From a virus: a stretch of 37,897 nt of DNA. A program made the translations under genes and the position numbers. Location: positions 1-37,897 of the IMG/VR virus record IMGVR_UViG_3300029619_000018. One strand, 5' to 3'. Below, piece after piece: positions 7,491-15,681 of the stretch. A model generated the notes under the pieces. The model had not been told where the DNA came from, searched no databases, and saw only the letters and a program-made list of their open reading frames with translations. Each line of letters starts with the position of its first letter. The first letter of the stretch is position 1.

Positions 7491-7931
7491 ATGATTGACT
7501 ACAAGCGCATCTGCATTGACGAGCTGAAGTGCCATAGCTATAAGCTTCGGTCGTTGGAAAGCCTGCCGGAAGAAATCCGCCGCTACAATGAGCAGATGGA
7601 CGGCATTCGGTCCGCTACCAGCGATGCTACACCAGTAAAGGGCGGTGGCTGCGGCCGGGAAGATCATTTGATTAACGCAATCTCCCGCCGGGATGCGCTC
7701 TCGGCAAACCTTGCGGTAGTCAAGTGGCAGACCTCCCAGGTTGAGAAAGGACTGGCCTGCCTGACGGGAAAGCAGCGGCGCATCCTTGAGTTGTTCTACA
7801 TCCGCCGGGAATATGGCTACATACAGAGACTTTGCCAGGAGTTCAATGAGAGTGAACGAGAGGTGTACCGGGATAAGGACGAAGCGCTGATGAGATATGC
7901 CCTTTGCCGGTATGGGTTGACGGAGCTGTAA
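7491..7931 (+). CDS. Sigma-70 region-4-like late transcription regulator (RinA/ArpU/DUF1492-like)
   Basis: The C-terminal LTGKQRRILELFYIRREYGYIQRLCQEFNESEREVYRDKDEALMRY looks like a sigma r4 HTH. It is the last early gene before the packaging module. Confidence 0.6.
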   Translation: MIDYKRICIDELKCHSYKLRSLESLPEEIRRYNEQMDGIRSATSDATPVKGGGCGREDHLINAISRRDALSANLAVVKWQTSQVEKGLACLTGKQRRILELFYIRREYGYIQRLCQEFNESEREVYRDKDEALMRYALCRYGLTEL

Positions 7932-8052
7932 AGATGGCAGAAACATGGCAGAAATAAGATGCATATACAGTGTATACTGATAGTGTGGTAAAACACAGAC
8001 TTCCCTTGACATTCCTCCTGGTGGGGAGCCGGGCCCCTAATCCCGGCAATCT

Positions 8053-8127
8053 GCTCCCGTAGCTCAATGGTAGAGCGGCTGCCTTGTAAGCAGCGAGTTA
8101 TAGGTTCAAGCCCTATCGGGTGCTCCA
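8053..8127 (+). tRNA. tRNA-Thr (anticodon UGU) with encoded CCA
   Basis: Manual cloverleaf:
- Acceptor stem GCTCCCG/CGGGTGC, with one U-U at positions 3:70.
- D arm GCTC-AATGGTA-GAGC.
- Anticodon arm GCTGC-CTTGTAA-GCAGC.
- Variable loop GAGTT.
- T arm ATAGG-TTCAAGC-CCTAT.
- Discriminator T, then CCA. Confidence 0.8.
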
Positions 8128-8264
8128 CCTTCATGTTTTATTTCCTTTTTACGGGGCCGCCGATGCCCCGTTATCCCATCGGCCGAAGATACATGACCTT
8201 CGTAAAAAAGGTGCCGCGCTGGCAGGCCGCAAGTTCGCAATAGTCTGCCTTACCAAAAGCAGCC

Positions 8265-8297
8265 AGAGAGTACCGAAAGGCGCTCTCTTTCTTTATG
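8265..8297 (+). terminator. Terminator-like hairpin in the leader of the phosphoesterase gene (weak call)
   Basis: AGAGAG-TACCGAAAGGCG-CTCTCT followed by TTCTTTAT. The stem has an internal bulge. Confidence 0.3.
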
Positions 8298-8317
8298 CCA
8301 TAAAGGAGGGGATACCT

Positions 8318-9109
8318 CTGGATTTAATAGTCCGCAAAATCCCGCAGAGCGACACCATCAAGGTATATCCGGTATCTGATGTGCATTTGGGCAGCATCCT
8401 ACATGATAAAGAGGGCTGGCAAGCATTCTGCCGCCGGGTAGAGCGGGAGGATGCTTATCTCATCCTTGGCGGCGATCTCATCAACAACAATACCAGGAAC
8501 GCGGTGGGAAGCCCCTTTGAGGATTATATCCGCCCGCGGGAGCAGAAAAAGATGATGGTGGAAATGCTAACGCCAATAAAGGATAAGATACTCTGCGCGG
8601 TATCCGGTAACCACGAAGCGAGGACAGCCAGGGACACCGACCAAGACATTATGGGCGATATCATGTGCAAGCTGGACATGGAGGACTACTACGCCGAGGA
8701 CATAGCATTCCTCAAACTGGAGATTGGGCGCAGGGTAACAAGAGATATCCCTATCACCAGCTATACGATGGCTGTTACCCATGGCTCGGGCGGCGGCATT
8801 TACACCGGTGCAACGGTCAACCGCAATGAGCGCTTCGGCTACACCATAGAGGGCATTGACGCTCTGATTGTTGGCCATACCCACAAAGGCACCATCAGTA
8901 AGCCCAAAAAGATCGTGGTGGACAGTAACAACAATGTTATCCGTACCAAGCAGCTGGTAGTGGTTAGCTGTACCGCATGGCAGCAGTACGGAGGCTACGC
9001 AGCCCGGAAGATGCTGCTGCCCAGCAGTGAGAGCGACCATGAGCAGCCGCAGACGCTCCTGCTGTGCGGGAACAAGACAGGCACTAAGCGGATAACCACG
9101 GTTTGGTAA
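8318..9109 (+). CDS. Calcineurin-like metallophosphoesterase
   Basis: Motifs occur in order: VSDVHLG, ILGGDLINN, SGNHE, VTHGSGGG, VGHTHKG. There is no in-frame ATG/GTG after the tRNA. AAGGAGGGG lies 7 nt before an in-frame CTG at 8318, so the start is uncertain. Confidence 0.7.
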   Translation: MDLIVRKIPQSDTIKVYPVSDVHLGSILHDKEGWQAFCRRVEREDAYLILGGDLINNNTRNAVGSPFEDYIRPREQKKMMVEMLTPIKDKILCAVSGNHEARTARDTDQDIMGDIMCKLDMEDYYAEDIAFLKLEIGRRVTRDIPITSYTMAVTHGSGGGIYTGATVNRNERFGYTIEGIDALIVGHTHKGTISKPKKIVVDSNNNVIRTKQLVVVSCTAWQQYGGYAARKMLLPSSESDHEQPQTLLLCGNKTGTKRITTVW

Positions 9110-9183
9110 CAATAATTGGTAGCCCGGCATAGTAGACACCGGGAGGGATAGGGCGGGAAGAATTTTGAAAGGAGGTGCCGAAG

Positions 9184-9495
9184 ATGGCCAGTGGATGCAG
9201 TGCGAAAAGCAAAGAGAACCTGCGCCCATGGAAAAAAGGGCAAAGTGGGAACCCAAGTGGGAGGGCGAAAATCCCCGAAGATGCCAAGGCGATGCTGAAA
9301 GCGGCGACTCCTGCGGCAGTTAAGCTGCTGGTGGATACCCTCAACAACACAAATGAGAAAACCGAAACGAGAGTAAAGTGCGCTGAAACCGTATTAGACA
9401 GAGTATACGGCAAGGCAAATCAGCCGATTGATCTGGGTGGCGAGATACCCAAAATCGAGATCGTGCTGGGCAATGGCAAGGAGTACGCCAAATGA
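9184..9495 (+). CDS. terS: Terminase small subunit (DUF5681-like N-terminus)
   Basis: KGQSGNPSGRAK motif. Position is immediately upstream of TerL with ATGA coupling to it. GGAGG lies 8 nt before ATG 9184. Confidence 0.6.
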   Translation: MASGCSAKSKENLRPWKKGQSGNPSGRAKIPEDAKAMLKAATPAAVKLLVDTLNNTNEKTETRVKCAETVLDRVYGKANQPIDLGGEIPKIEIVLGNGKEYAK

Positions 9496-10835
9496 CGGTC
9501 AATTTAGGCACACCGAATCCCAAGCAGGAGCAGTTTTTGCTGTCGGAAAAGCGCAGGGTGTGTTACGGGGGCGCCAGAGGCGGCGGTAAGAGCTGGGTGG
9601 TGCGAGCAAAGGCCACCATGCTTGCCGTTAATTATAGTGGCATCAAGATACTGATCCTGCGCCGGACATATGCCGACCTGTGGCAAAACCATGTGTTGGA
9701 GCTGCGGAAGGTGCTGGAACCCGACATTGCCACCTATCGGGACTCGGAAAAGGCGATGATATTCCCAAACGGCAGTCGTATCCGTTTTGGATACTGCTCG
9801 GCCGAAGCCGATGTGCTGCAGTATCAGGGGCAAGAGTACGACATCATGTTTTTGGACGAGGCCACACAGTTTACCGAGTTTATGTACAACAACCTTGTGG
9901 CCAGTAACCGTGGTGCCAACGACTTCCCCCATCGGATGTATCTGACCTGCAACCCCGGCGGAGTCGGCCATGCGTGGGTCAAGCGCCTGTTTATCGACCG
10001 GGACTACACGGACTCTGAAAACCCAGAAGACTACGAATTTATCCCTGCAAAGGTATACGACAACACGGTTTTGGTGGATAAGGACCCAGACTATGTTCGG
10101 ATGCTGGAGACCCTACCGGAGGATATGCGCCGGGCATGGCTGGATGGCGACTGGAATGTGTTTGCAGGTCAGTATTTTGCAGAGTGGCGTGACGATATCC
10201 ATGTGATAGACCCCATAGAGATACCAGACTGGTGGAGACGCTACTTTGCAATGGACTACGGCCTTGATATGTTGGCCGGATACTGGATCGCCATTGACGG
10301 AGATGGAAACGGCTATGTGTACCGGGAGATATACGAGTCCGGGCTAATCGCATCGGATGCCGCCATGCGCATCAAGGAGGCCAACGGGGACGATAAGATC
10401 GAGCAATGGCTTGCACCGCCCGACCTGTGGAACAGGCGTAATGACACAGGCCGCAGCGTGGCAGATATATTTATGGAGCAGGACATCCCGCTGGTTAAGG
10501 TGGACAACGACCGCATAAACGGCTGGCAGGATGTACATGAGTGGCTCAAACCGAGGGACAGCAGAGATATCATAACCGGCGACAAGACGAGGATAGCAGG
10601 GCTGCGGTTTTTCCGCAACTGTAAGCAGGTCATCAGATGCCTGCCGATGGTCCAGTATGATGACCACAGACCAAACGATGTAGCTACCGAGCCGCACGAG
10701 CTGACCCATGCACCTGATGCAATCAGGTATTTTTGCAGCGGGAGACCGTATGCGGGACAGCCGCCGGTTACCAAGTACAAGCTGCCGCCGGAGCTGCGGC
10801 AGACCGAAGAACAAGGAGGGTATCAGGTATGGTAA
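9492..10835 (+). CDS. terL: Terminase large subunit
   Basis: Walker A YGGARGGGKSW. Walker B-like MFLDEATQF. C-terminal nuclease-like region. Typical size and position. Confidence 0.9.
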   Translation: MTVNLGTPNPKQEQFLLSEKRRVCYGGARGGGKSWVVRAKATMLAVNYSGIKILILRRTYADLWQNHVLELRKVLEPDIATYRDSEKAMIFPNGSRIRFGYCSAEADVLQYQGQEYDIMFLDEATQFTEFMYNNLVASNRGANDFPHRMYLTCNPGGVGHAWVKRLFIDRDYTDSENPEDYEFIPAKVYDNTVLVDKDPDYVRMLETLPEDMRRAWLDGDWNVFAGQYFAEWRDDIHVIDPIEIPDWWRRYFAMDYGLDMLAGYWIAIDGDGNGYVYREIYESGLIASDAAMRIKEANGDDKIEQWLAPPDLWNRRNDTGRSVADIFMEQDIPLVKVDNDRINGWQDVHEWLKPRDSRDIITGDKTRIAGLRFFRNCKQVIRCLPMVQYDDHRPNDVATEPHELTHAPDAIRYFCSGRPYAGQPPVTKYKLPPELRQTEEQGGYQVW

Positions 10836-10945
10836 GACGATGGCTCAAAAGACTGATCCTGTGGGCGTTATGGGACGACCAGACGGCGCAGGAGCAATAT
10901 GCAACCAAGATATTCAACGAGTGGCTTAACGGCCCGGAGGATTGA
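10829..10945 (+). CDS. Small hypothetical protein (38 aa)
   Basis: The ATG overlaps the end of terL, and the stop abuts the portal RBS. Sequence MVRRWLKRLILWALWDDQTAQEQYATKIFNEWLNGPED. Confidence 0.35.
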   Translation: MVRRWLKRLILWALWDDQTAQEQYATKIFNEWLNGPED

Positions 10946-10946
10946 T

Positions 10947-12650
10947 ATGAGTGATGTAACCCTGTGGACGCTATACCGAGAGGGTGTAGCGTACCACAAC
11001 AAGATGGGCTTTAGCACCAAATTCCCGACCTTTGTGCGGTTTAAGGAGGGCGACCAGTGGCCACAAGCGACAGAGCGCACCAAGAATCTGCCGAGACCCG
11101 TCCTTAACATCGTGGACATGATCGTCCGCAGCAAGCGCTCCAGCGTGCTTGACCAGCCCGTCAGCATCGTCTACAGACAGGGCAGCGCCAGCGGTGACGA
11201 AATCCTTGACCAGATGCATCAGGACGCCGCCGAGAACTGCACCGAGTACGCACGGACGATCTGGGACAGAGCCGACATGGACAAACTGTGCAACGAGGCG
11301 TGTGACGATGCAGCGACCAACGGCACAGGCATATGGCACTTTTACTGGGATACCAGCGTAACAGGCGACAAATATGTGGGGGAGCTTCGCGGGGAAACCG
11401 TGGATGCTCTTAACTTTTTTGTAGCCAACCCGCAGCTCCGGGATGTGCAGAAGCAGGACTATCTCATCATCGCACAGCGGCTCAAATTGGGCGCTGTACG
11501 CAAGATGGCCAAGGACAGGGGATTGTCTGCGGAAAAGGTCGCGAACATCTGTCCCGACGAATTTGAGGATGCAAGCACCTATCAGGCCGAGAGAATCGAG
11601 CTGGACGGCAAGGAAAACGAAAAGGTCACGGTGCTGACCAAGTATTACCGCAAGAACGGGGAGGTCGTATTTGACAAAGCGACCCGCAGCGTGGAGATAT
11701 GCAAAGCGGTACCGCTTACCCCGCAGGGCAGCCCGACCCGCATCAAGCTGTACCCTGTGGCGGCGCTCAACTGGAAACTGCGTAAAGCCTGTTTCTACGG
11801 CATCGGCGAGATCGAGGGGCTTATCCCCAACCAAAAACTGATTAACTTCATGTACGGAATGCAGGCGCTGGCCATCCAGCAGATGGGCTTTCCGAAGATC
11901 GTGGCAAAGCCCGGTGCAATCAGACAGCCGCTGACCAACGAGCCGGGGGAAATCGTCACAGACTACTCCAACGGCGGGATATCGTACCTGCAGCCTCCTG
12001 CGTTTTCGTCTGCTGCTACGCAGGTCAGCAACGACATGATCGACCTGACCCGCGTAGTAACCGGTACGACCGAGGTAACGACCGGCGAGTCCTTGGGTGC
12101 AAACATGGCAGCATCGGCAATCATTGCATTGCAAAACCAAGCACAGACCCCTGTCAACGAGATTCAGCGCAGATACTGGCACGCAGTTAAGGAGATCGGC
12201 CGCATTTGGATGGAGTTTTTCAAGACATACTGCTCCGACAAGCGGGAAATCGTCATTGAGATGGGGGACGAGGTATCCGGCAGAGCATTTACGGGTACGG
12301 ACTATGCGATGTACGACTTTGACCTGCAGGTGGATGTAGGCGCATCGTCCGAGTATTCTGCGGTGCTGGCACAGGCGACCTTGGACAAGATGCTTGACCG
12401 AGGAGATATCACAATCGACCAGTACATCGAGCTTTCCGACCCGAATGTAGCGCCGTTCAAGGAGAAGTTCAAGCGAATGCGGGAAGCCCAGCCGCAAGCG
12501 GTGGGTATGCCTGGCGTTCCGGAGGAAGAAGTGAACGGCGTACAGAGCGTTTCCGGCATTGGCGGAGTTCCGCTGCCGGATGTGCCGAAGGCCCCGACCG
12601 TCATGGACAAGTTCACAGGAGGTGGCAACAATGCTGTGCCCAAACTGTAA
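10947..12650 (+). CDS. Portal protein
   Basis: 567-aa protein directly after terminase. GGAGGA RBS before ATG 10947. Size and position fit. The family was not identified by eye. Confidence 0.7.
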   Translation: MSDVTLWTLYREGVAYHNKMGFSTKFPTFVRFKEGDQWPQATERTKNLPRPVLNIVDMIVRSKRSSVLDQPVSIVYRQGSASGDEILDQMHQDAAENCTEYARTIWDRADMDKLCNEACDDAATNGTGIWHFYWDTSVTGDKYVGELRGETVDALNFFVANPQLRDVQKQDYLIIAQRLKLGAVRKMAKDRGLSAEKVANICPDEFEDASTYQAERIELDGKENEKVTVLTKYYRKNGEVVFDKATRSVEICKAVPLTPQGSPTRIKLYPVAALNWKLRKACFYGIGEIEGLIPNQKLINFMYGMQALAIQQMGFPKIVAKPGAIRQPLTNEPGEIVTDYSNGGISYLQPPAFSSAATQVSNDMIDLTRVVTGTTEVTTGESLGANMAASAIIALQNQAQTPVNEIQRRYWHAVKEIGRIWMEFFKTYCSDKREIVIEMGDEVSGRAFTGTDYAMYDFDLQVDVGASSEYSAVLAQATLDKMLDRGDITIDQYIELSDPNVAPFKEKFKRMREAQPQAVGMPGVPEEEVNGVQSVSGIGGVPLPDVPKAPTVMDKFTGGGNNAVPKL

Positions 12651-12807
12651 AGCCGAAATGAGAATCACCGGCAAATACCTTACATTCACCGGGGACAAAT
12701 CCCCAGACACGGAGACCAAGGCATTTATCAAGCTGCAATTGGAGTGCATCAACCCGCAATGCACCAACAGAACACCGACCTATGTGACCAACCCCTTGGA
12801 GGGATAA
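12631..12807 (+). CDS. Small zinc-ribbon protein (58 aa)
   Basis: GGAGG RBS. Contains MLCPNCKAEM...ECINPQCTN. Confidence 0.45.
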   Translation: MLCPNCKAEMRITGKYLTFTGDKSPDTETKAFIKLQLECINPQCTNRTPTYVTNPLEG

Positions 12808-12865
12808 CCAATTTTTAAGTGGCTGCTAAACGGAACAAACCGAACCTCGCCACAGAAAGGAATTT

Positions 12866-13567
12866 ATGGACGAAGAAATCATGACTGCTGCTAATGAAGA
12901 TATCGTTGAAGATATCGACTCCTCTCCCGCAGTAGAGGAAACCGAGCCTGTCGAGCAGGAAGAACCTGCGGTACAGGAAGAACCGACCGAGACACAGCGT
13001 GTGTCACGGAGAATCAAAGAAGCATCCCAAAAGAGCGTGGACGACTTTATCCGCAGCATGGGCCTGACCAATCATTATGACAATGACAGACCCATCACCA
13101 CAAAGGCGGAGTACGAAGCATTTGTTGCGATGCAGCGGCTGGACGAGGACGGCCAAACCGACCCCGTATCAGCTTACCGAAATCAATCACTTGAAGCGGA
13201 GATTACCCGCTTGCGGAGCAATGAGCGCATGAGAGAGCTGGAGGCTGACCCTGTAAGAGGGCAGACATTCACAAAGCTAAAGGACCAAGTGGTTGAATTG
13301 ATGGACTACTGCACCCAGCAGGGGACGCCCTGCAGCGTGGATGCAGCGTTCAACACAATTTTGGCGAACAGCTATTTTGACCTCGCCAACGATGCTGCAA
13401 ACAAGGCAAAGGAAGACACGCTCCGAAGAATCAACAACAACGCACAAGCATCTCCCGGAGCATTGACGGGCGAAAGCCCCGAAACCGAAGCCGACTACAT
13501 GAAGATGTCGGACAAAGACTTTGAAAAGCTGTATCAAGCTGCACTCCGGGGGGAATTAAAAAATTAA
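12866..13567 (+). CDS. Capsid scaffolding protein
   Basis: Acidic N-terminus and a helical, coiled-coil-like sequence. Lies between the portal and major capsid genes. Confidence 0.6.
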   Translation: MDEEIMTAANEDIVEDIDSSPAVEETEPVEQEEPAVQEEPTETQRVSRRIKEASQKSVDDFIRSMGLTNHYDNDRPITTKAEYEAFVAMQRLDEDGQTDPVSAYRNQSLEAEITRLRSNERMRELEADPVRGQTFTKLKDQVVELMDYCTQQGTPCSVDAAFNTILANSYFDLANDAANKAKEDTLRRINNNAQASPGALTGESPETEADYMKMSDKDFEKLYQAALRGELKN

Positions 13568-13582
13568 GGAGTGTATAAAACT

Positions 13583-14512
13583 ATGGCAACTACTACCCAG
13601 ACTTACGGTAATCTTACCGCTGAACAGAAAACCTTTTACGACCGCACCCTGCTGTCCCGGCTGCTGCCCAATCTGACTTTCCTGAAGTACGGCCAGAAGC
13701 GCCCCATGCCGAAGAACGAGGGCGACACTATCAACTTCCGCCGTTTCAACTCCCTTGATGTCCCTGCGGCATCCCTGACCGAGGGCGTGACCCCTGACGG
13801 CGACAACCTGTCCATCACTGCTGTGACCGCTACCGTGGCGCAGGAGGGCAACTGGGTCCGCCTGTCTGACAAGATCAGCATGGTCGGCATCGACCCCGTC
13901 CTGACAGAGTCCGCTGCGCTGATGGGCGAAAACGCCGCCAAGACCCTGGAGACCCGCTGCGCGGATGTTATCTTCAAGGGTACTTCCCAGCAGTTTGCTG
14001 GCGGCGCTGCCTCCGCTGCCGCTATTGCCGCCGGTAAGGTGGTAAACAGCGAGGAGATCAAGAAAGCGGTGCGAACCCTGCGCAACAACAACGCCGAGCC
14101 CCTGGAAGGCGGCTATTATATCGGCTTCTGTGATCCCGATGTAGCATACGACCTGCAGAACGACAGCCTGTGGCAGGATATCTCCAAGTACAATGGTGCA
14201 GAGAACATCATGAAGGGCGAGATCGGCCGTATCCATGGTGTCCGTTTCATTCTGACCACCATGTGTCCCACCGACACAAAGACCGCTACTGCGGGTACCC
14301 TGCATAAGACGCTTATTGTAGGCAAGGACGCTTACGGCGTGGTCGATGTGAACGGCTCCTCCAAGCCCGAAATCATCATCAAGCCCACTGGCTCCGCCGG
14401 TACCGAGGATCCCCTGAACCAGCGCGCGAGTGTCGGCTGGAAAGCGATGGCGGTTACTGTTCGCCTGCAGGAGCTGGCAATGGTCTGCATTCAGTCCATG
14501 GCTACCGCCTAA
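13583..14512 (+). CDS. Major capsid protein (HK97 fold; resembles the N4-gp56-type family as I recall it)
   Basis: LTAEQKTFYDRTLLSRLLPNLTFLKYGQKRPMPKNEGDTINFRRFNSL...LTEGVTPDG...GEIGRIHGVRFILT. Followed by a strong terminator. Confidence 0.8.
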   Translation: MATTTQTYGNLTAEQKTFYDRTLLSRLLPNLTFLKYGQKRPMPKNEGDTINFRRFNSLDVPAASLTEGVTPDGDNLSITAVTATVAQEGNWVRLSDKISMVGIDPVLTESAALMGENAAKTLETRCADVIFKGTSQQFAGGAASAAAIAAGKVVNSEEIKKAVRTLRNNNAEPLEGGYYIGFCDPDVAYDLQNDSLWQDISKYNGAENIMKGEIGRIHGVRFILTTMCPTDTKTATAGTLHKTLIVGKDAYGVVDVNGSSKPEIIIKPTGSAGTEDPLNQRASVGWKAMAVTVRLQELAMVCIQSMATA

Positions 14513-14520
14513 CCAAATAC

Positions 14521-14551
14521 AAGGGAGGGGGTAACACCCCTCCCTTCTTTT
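14521..14551 (+). terminator. Rho-independent terminator after the capsid gene
   Basis: Perfect 10-bp stem AAGGGAGGGG / CCCCTCCCTT with loop GTAACA, followed by CTTTT. Confidence 0.8.
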
Positions 14552-14567
14552 ACAGAAAGGATTTAAC

Positions 14568-14807
14568 ATGGCAAAAGAGATTAAGAACCCCGACATGGTC
14601 GGAGAGATCGTAGAAAAAGCGACCGGCGAGGAACTCGCCAAGGGCAAGAAGGTACGCATCCGTTTGCCGAAGGACAAGCTGAACAAAGAAGATGTCGTAG
14701 TGCCTGTGTGCATCAACGGCTACACCTATCAGATCAAGCGCGGCGAATGGGTAGATGTACCCGAAGAAGTCGCCCGCATCCTTGAAGAAGCAGGGTACAT
14801 GGGGTGA
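14568..14807 (+). CDS. Small virion-module protein (79 aa), unknown function
   Basis: Has an RBS and lies downstream of the capsid gene. Lys/Glu-rich. Confidence 0.5.
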   Translation: MAKEIKNPDMVGEIVEKATGEELAKGKKVRIRLPKDKLNKEDVVVPVCINGYTYQIKRGEWVDVPEEVARILEEAGYMG

Positions 14808-14811
14808 GTAA

Positions 14812-15669
14812 ATGAACAAGAACGATGCCATCAACGGTGCGCTGCGGTGGATAGATGAAGCCACCGTAAACGGCGCTGCCGCAAGCAACGGGTTTATAGC
14901 CGACTACAAGGACAGAATGGAGCACCTGCTGGACGGTGCTGTTGCAATGGTGGAATCGCAGTTCCCGCTGATCGAATCCATCAGCATCGTTCAGAACATG
15001 CCTCGGTGCATGGAGGGCTCCCATTTTGAAGCTAAGACGGTTTATCCCGGTGATACCTACGAGTTTACAAACAGTGATGCAAAAGCCTACACGCTTGAAA
15101 TTTGCGGTGTTCTAACAGCGACTATCGATGGGGCCCAGCGGCAGATTACCGCTCCTGAGTTCCAGCGGCTTTCCGGCAGCTTTAACGGCAGCATCAAGTT
15201 GGAATCGCGGTACCCATTCCAGGTAAGAAACGCTGCGTTTTATGCATTCCCGCTGGTAGAAATCCCGGAGCACATAGCATGGGTGCCGTATGAGCTGCCC
15301 CAGCAGATGAACGGCATGGTGAAAATCCTTTTCTCCGGTGACGGCGTGACCTTCCGCGACTTTTCCGACTACCGGCGGCTGGATGAATACCATATTGCGA
15401 TCCCGTACCATTACAGCGGGCAGTTCGATATCCAGTATAAGCACCGGCACGCCACACTTGCAGGCGCTTCCGGTGCGACCGAGATAGAGGTGGAGCCCAA
15501 GGCGGTTCCGCTGATTCCACTCCGGCTGGCCATTGATGCCACAAGCGGCATTGATGAGACACTGGCGCTGAATCAGTTCCTCACCGGACGCTTTGCAGAG
15601 ATGGTAGGCGCTATGACGGACGAGGACATCGAGAAACACCAAGTAATTGAAACCGTATTCATGATGTAA
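14812..15669 (+). CDS. Virion structural protein, possible head-tail adaptor
   Basis: Position in the structural module. Helical N- and C-termini flank a beta-rich insert. No motif was recognised. Confidence 0.4.
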   Translation: MNKNDAINGALRWIDEATVNGAAASNGFIADYKDRMEHLLDGAVAMVESQFPLIESISIVQNMPRCMEGSHFEAKTVYPGDTYEFTNSDAKAYTLEICGVLTATIDGAQRQITAPEFQRLSGSFNGSIKLESRYPFQVRNAAFYAFPLVEIPEHIAWVPYELPQQMNGMVKILFSGDGVTFRDFSDYRRLDEYHIAIPYHYSGQFDIQYKHRHATLAGASGATEIEVEPKAVPLIPLRLAIDATSGIDETLALNQFLTGRFAEMVGAMTDEDIEKHQVIETVFMM

Positions 15670-15681
15670 GGAGGGGAGCAA

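Noticed and set aside
8144-8164. Hairpin ACGGGGC-CGCCGAT-GCCCCGT just after the tRNA
   Set aside because: The T-rich run precedes the stem rather than following it on the + strand, and A residues follow it on the - strand. It does not fit a rho-independent terminator and may be incidental.
8120-8317. N-terminal 66 codons of track ORF 8120..9109 (GTG start inside the tRNA)
   Set aside because: This stretch overlaps the 3' end of the tRNA, has no RBS and encodes low-complexity sequence. The conserved phosphoesterase motifs begin after the SD at 8303-8311.
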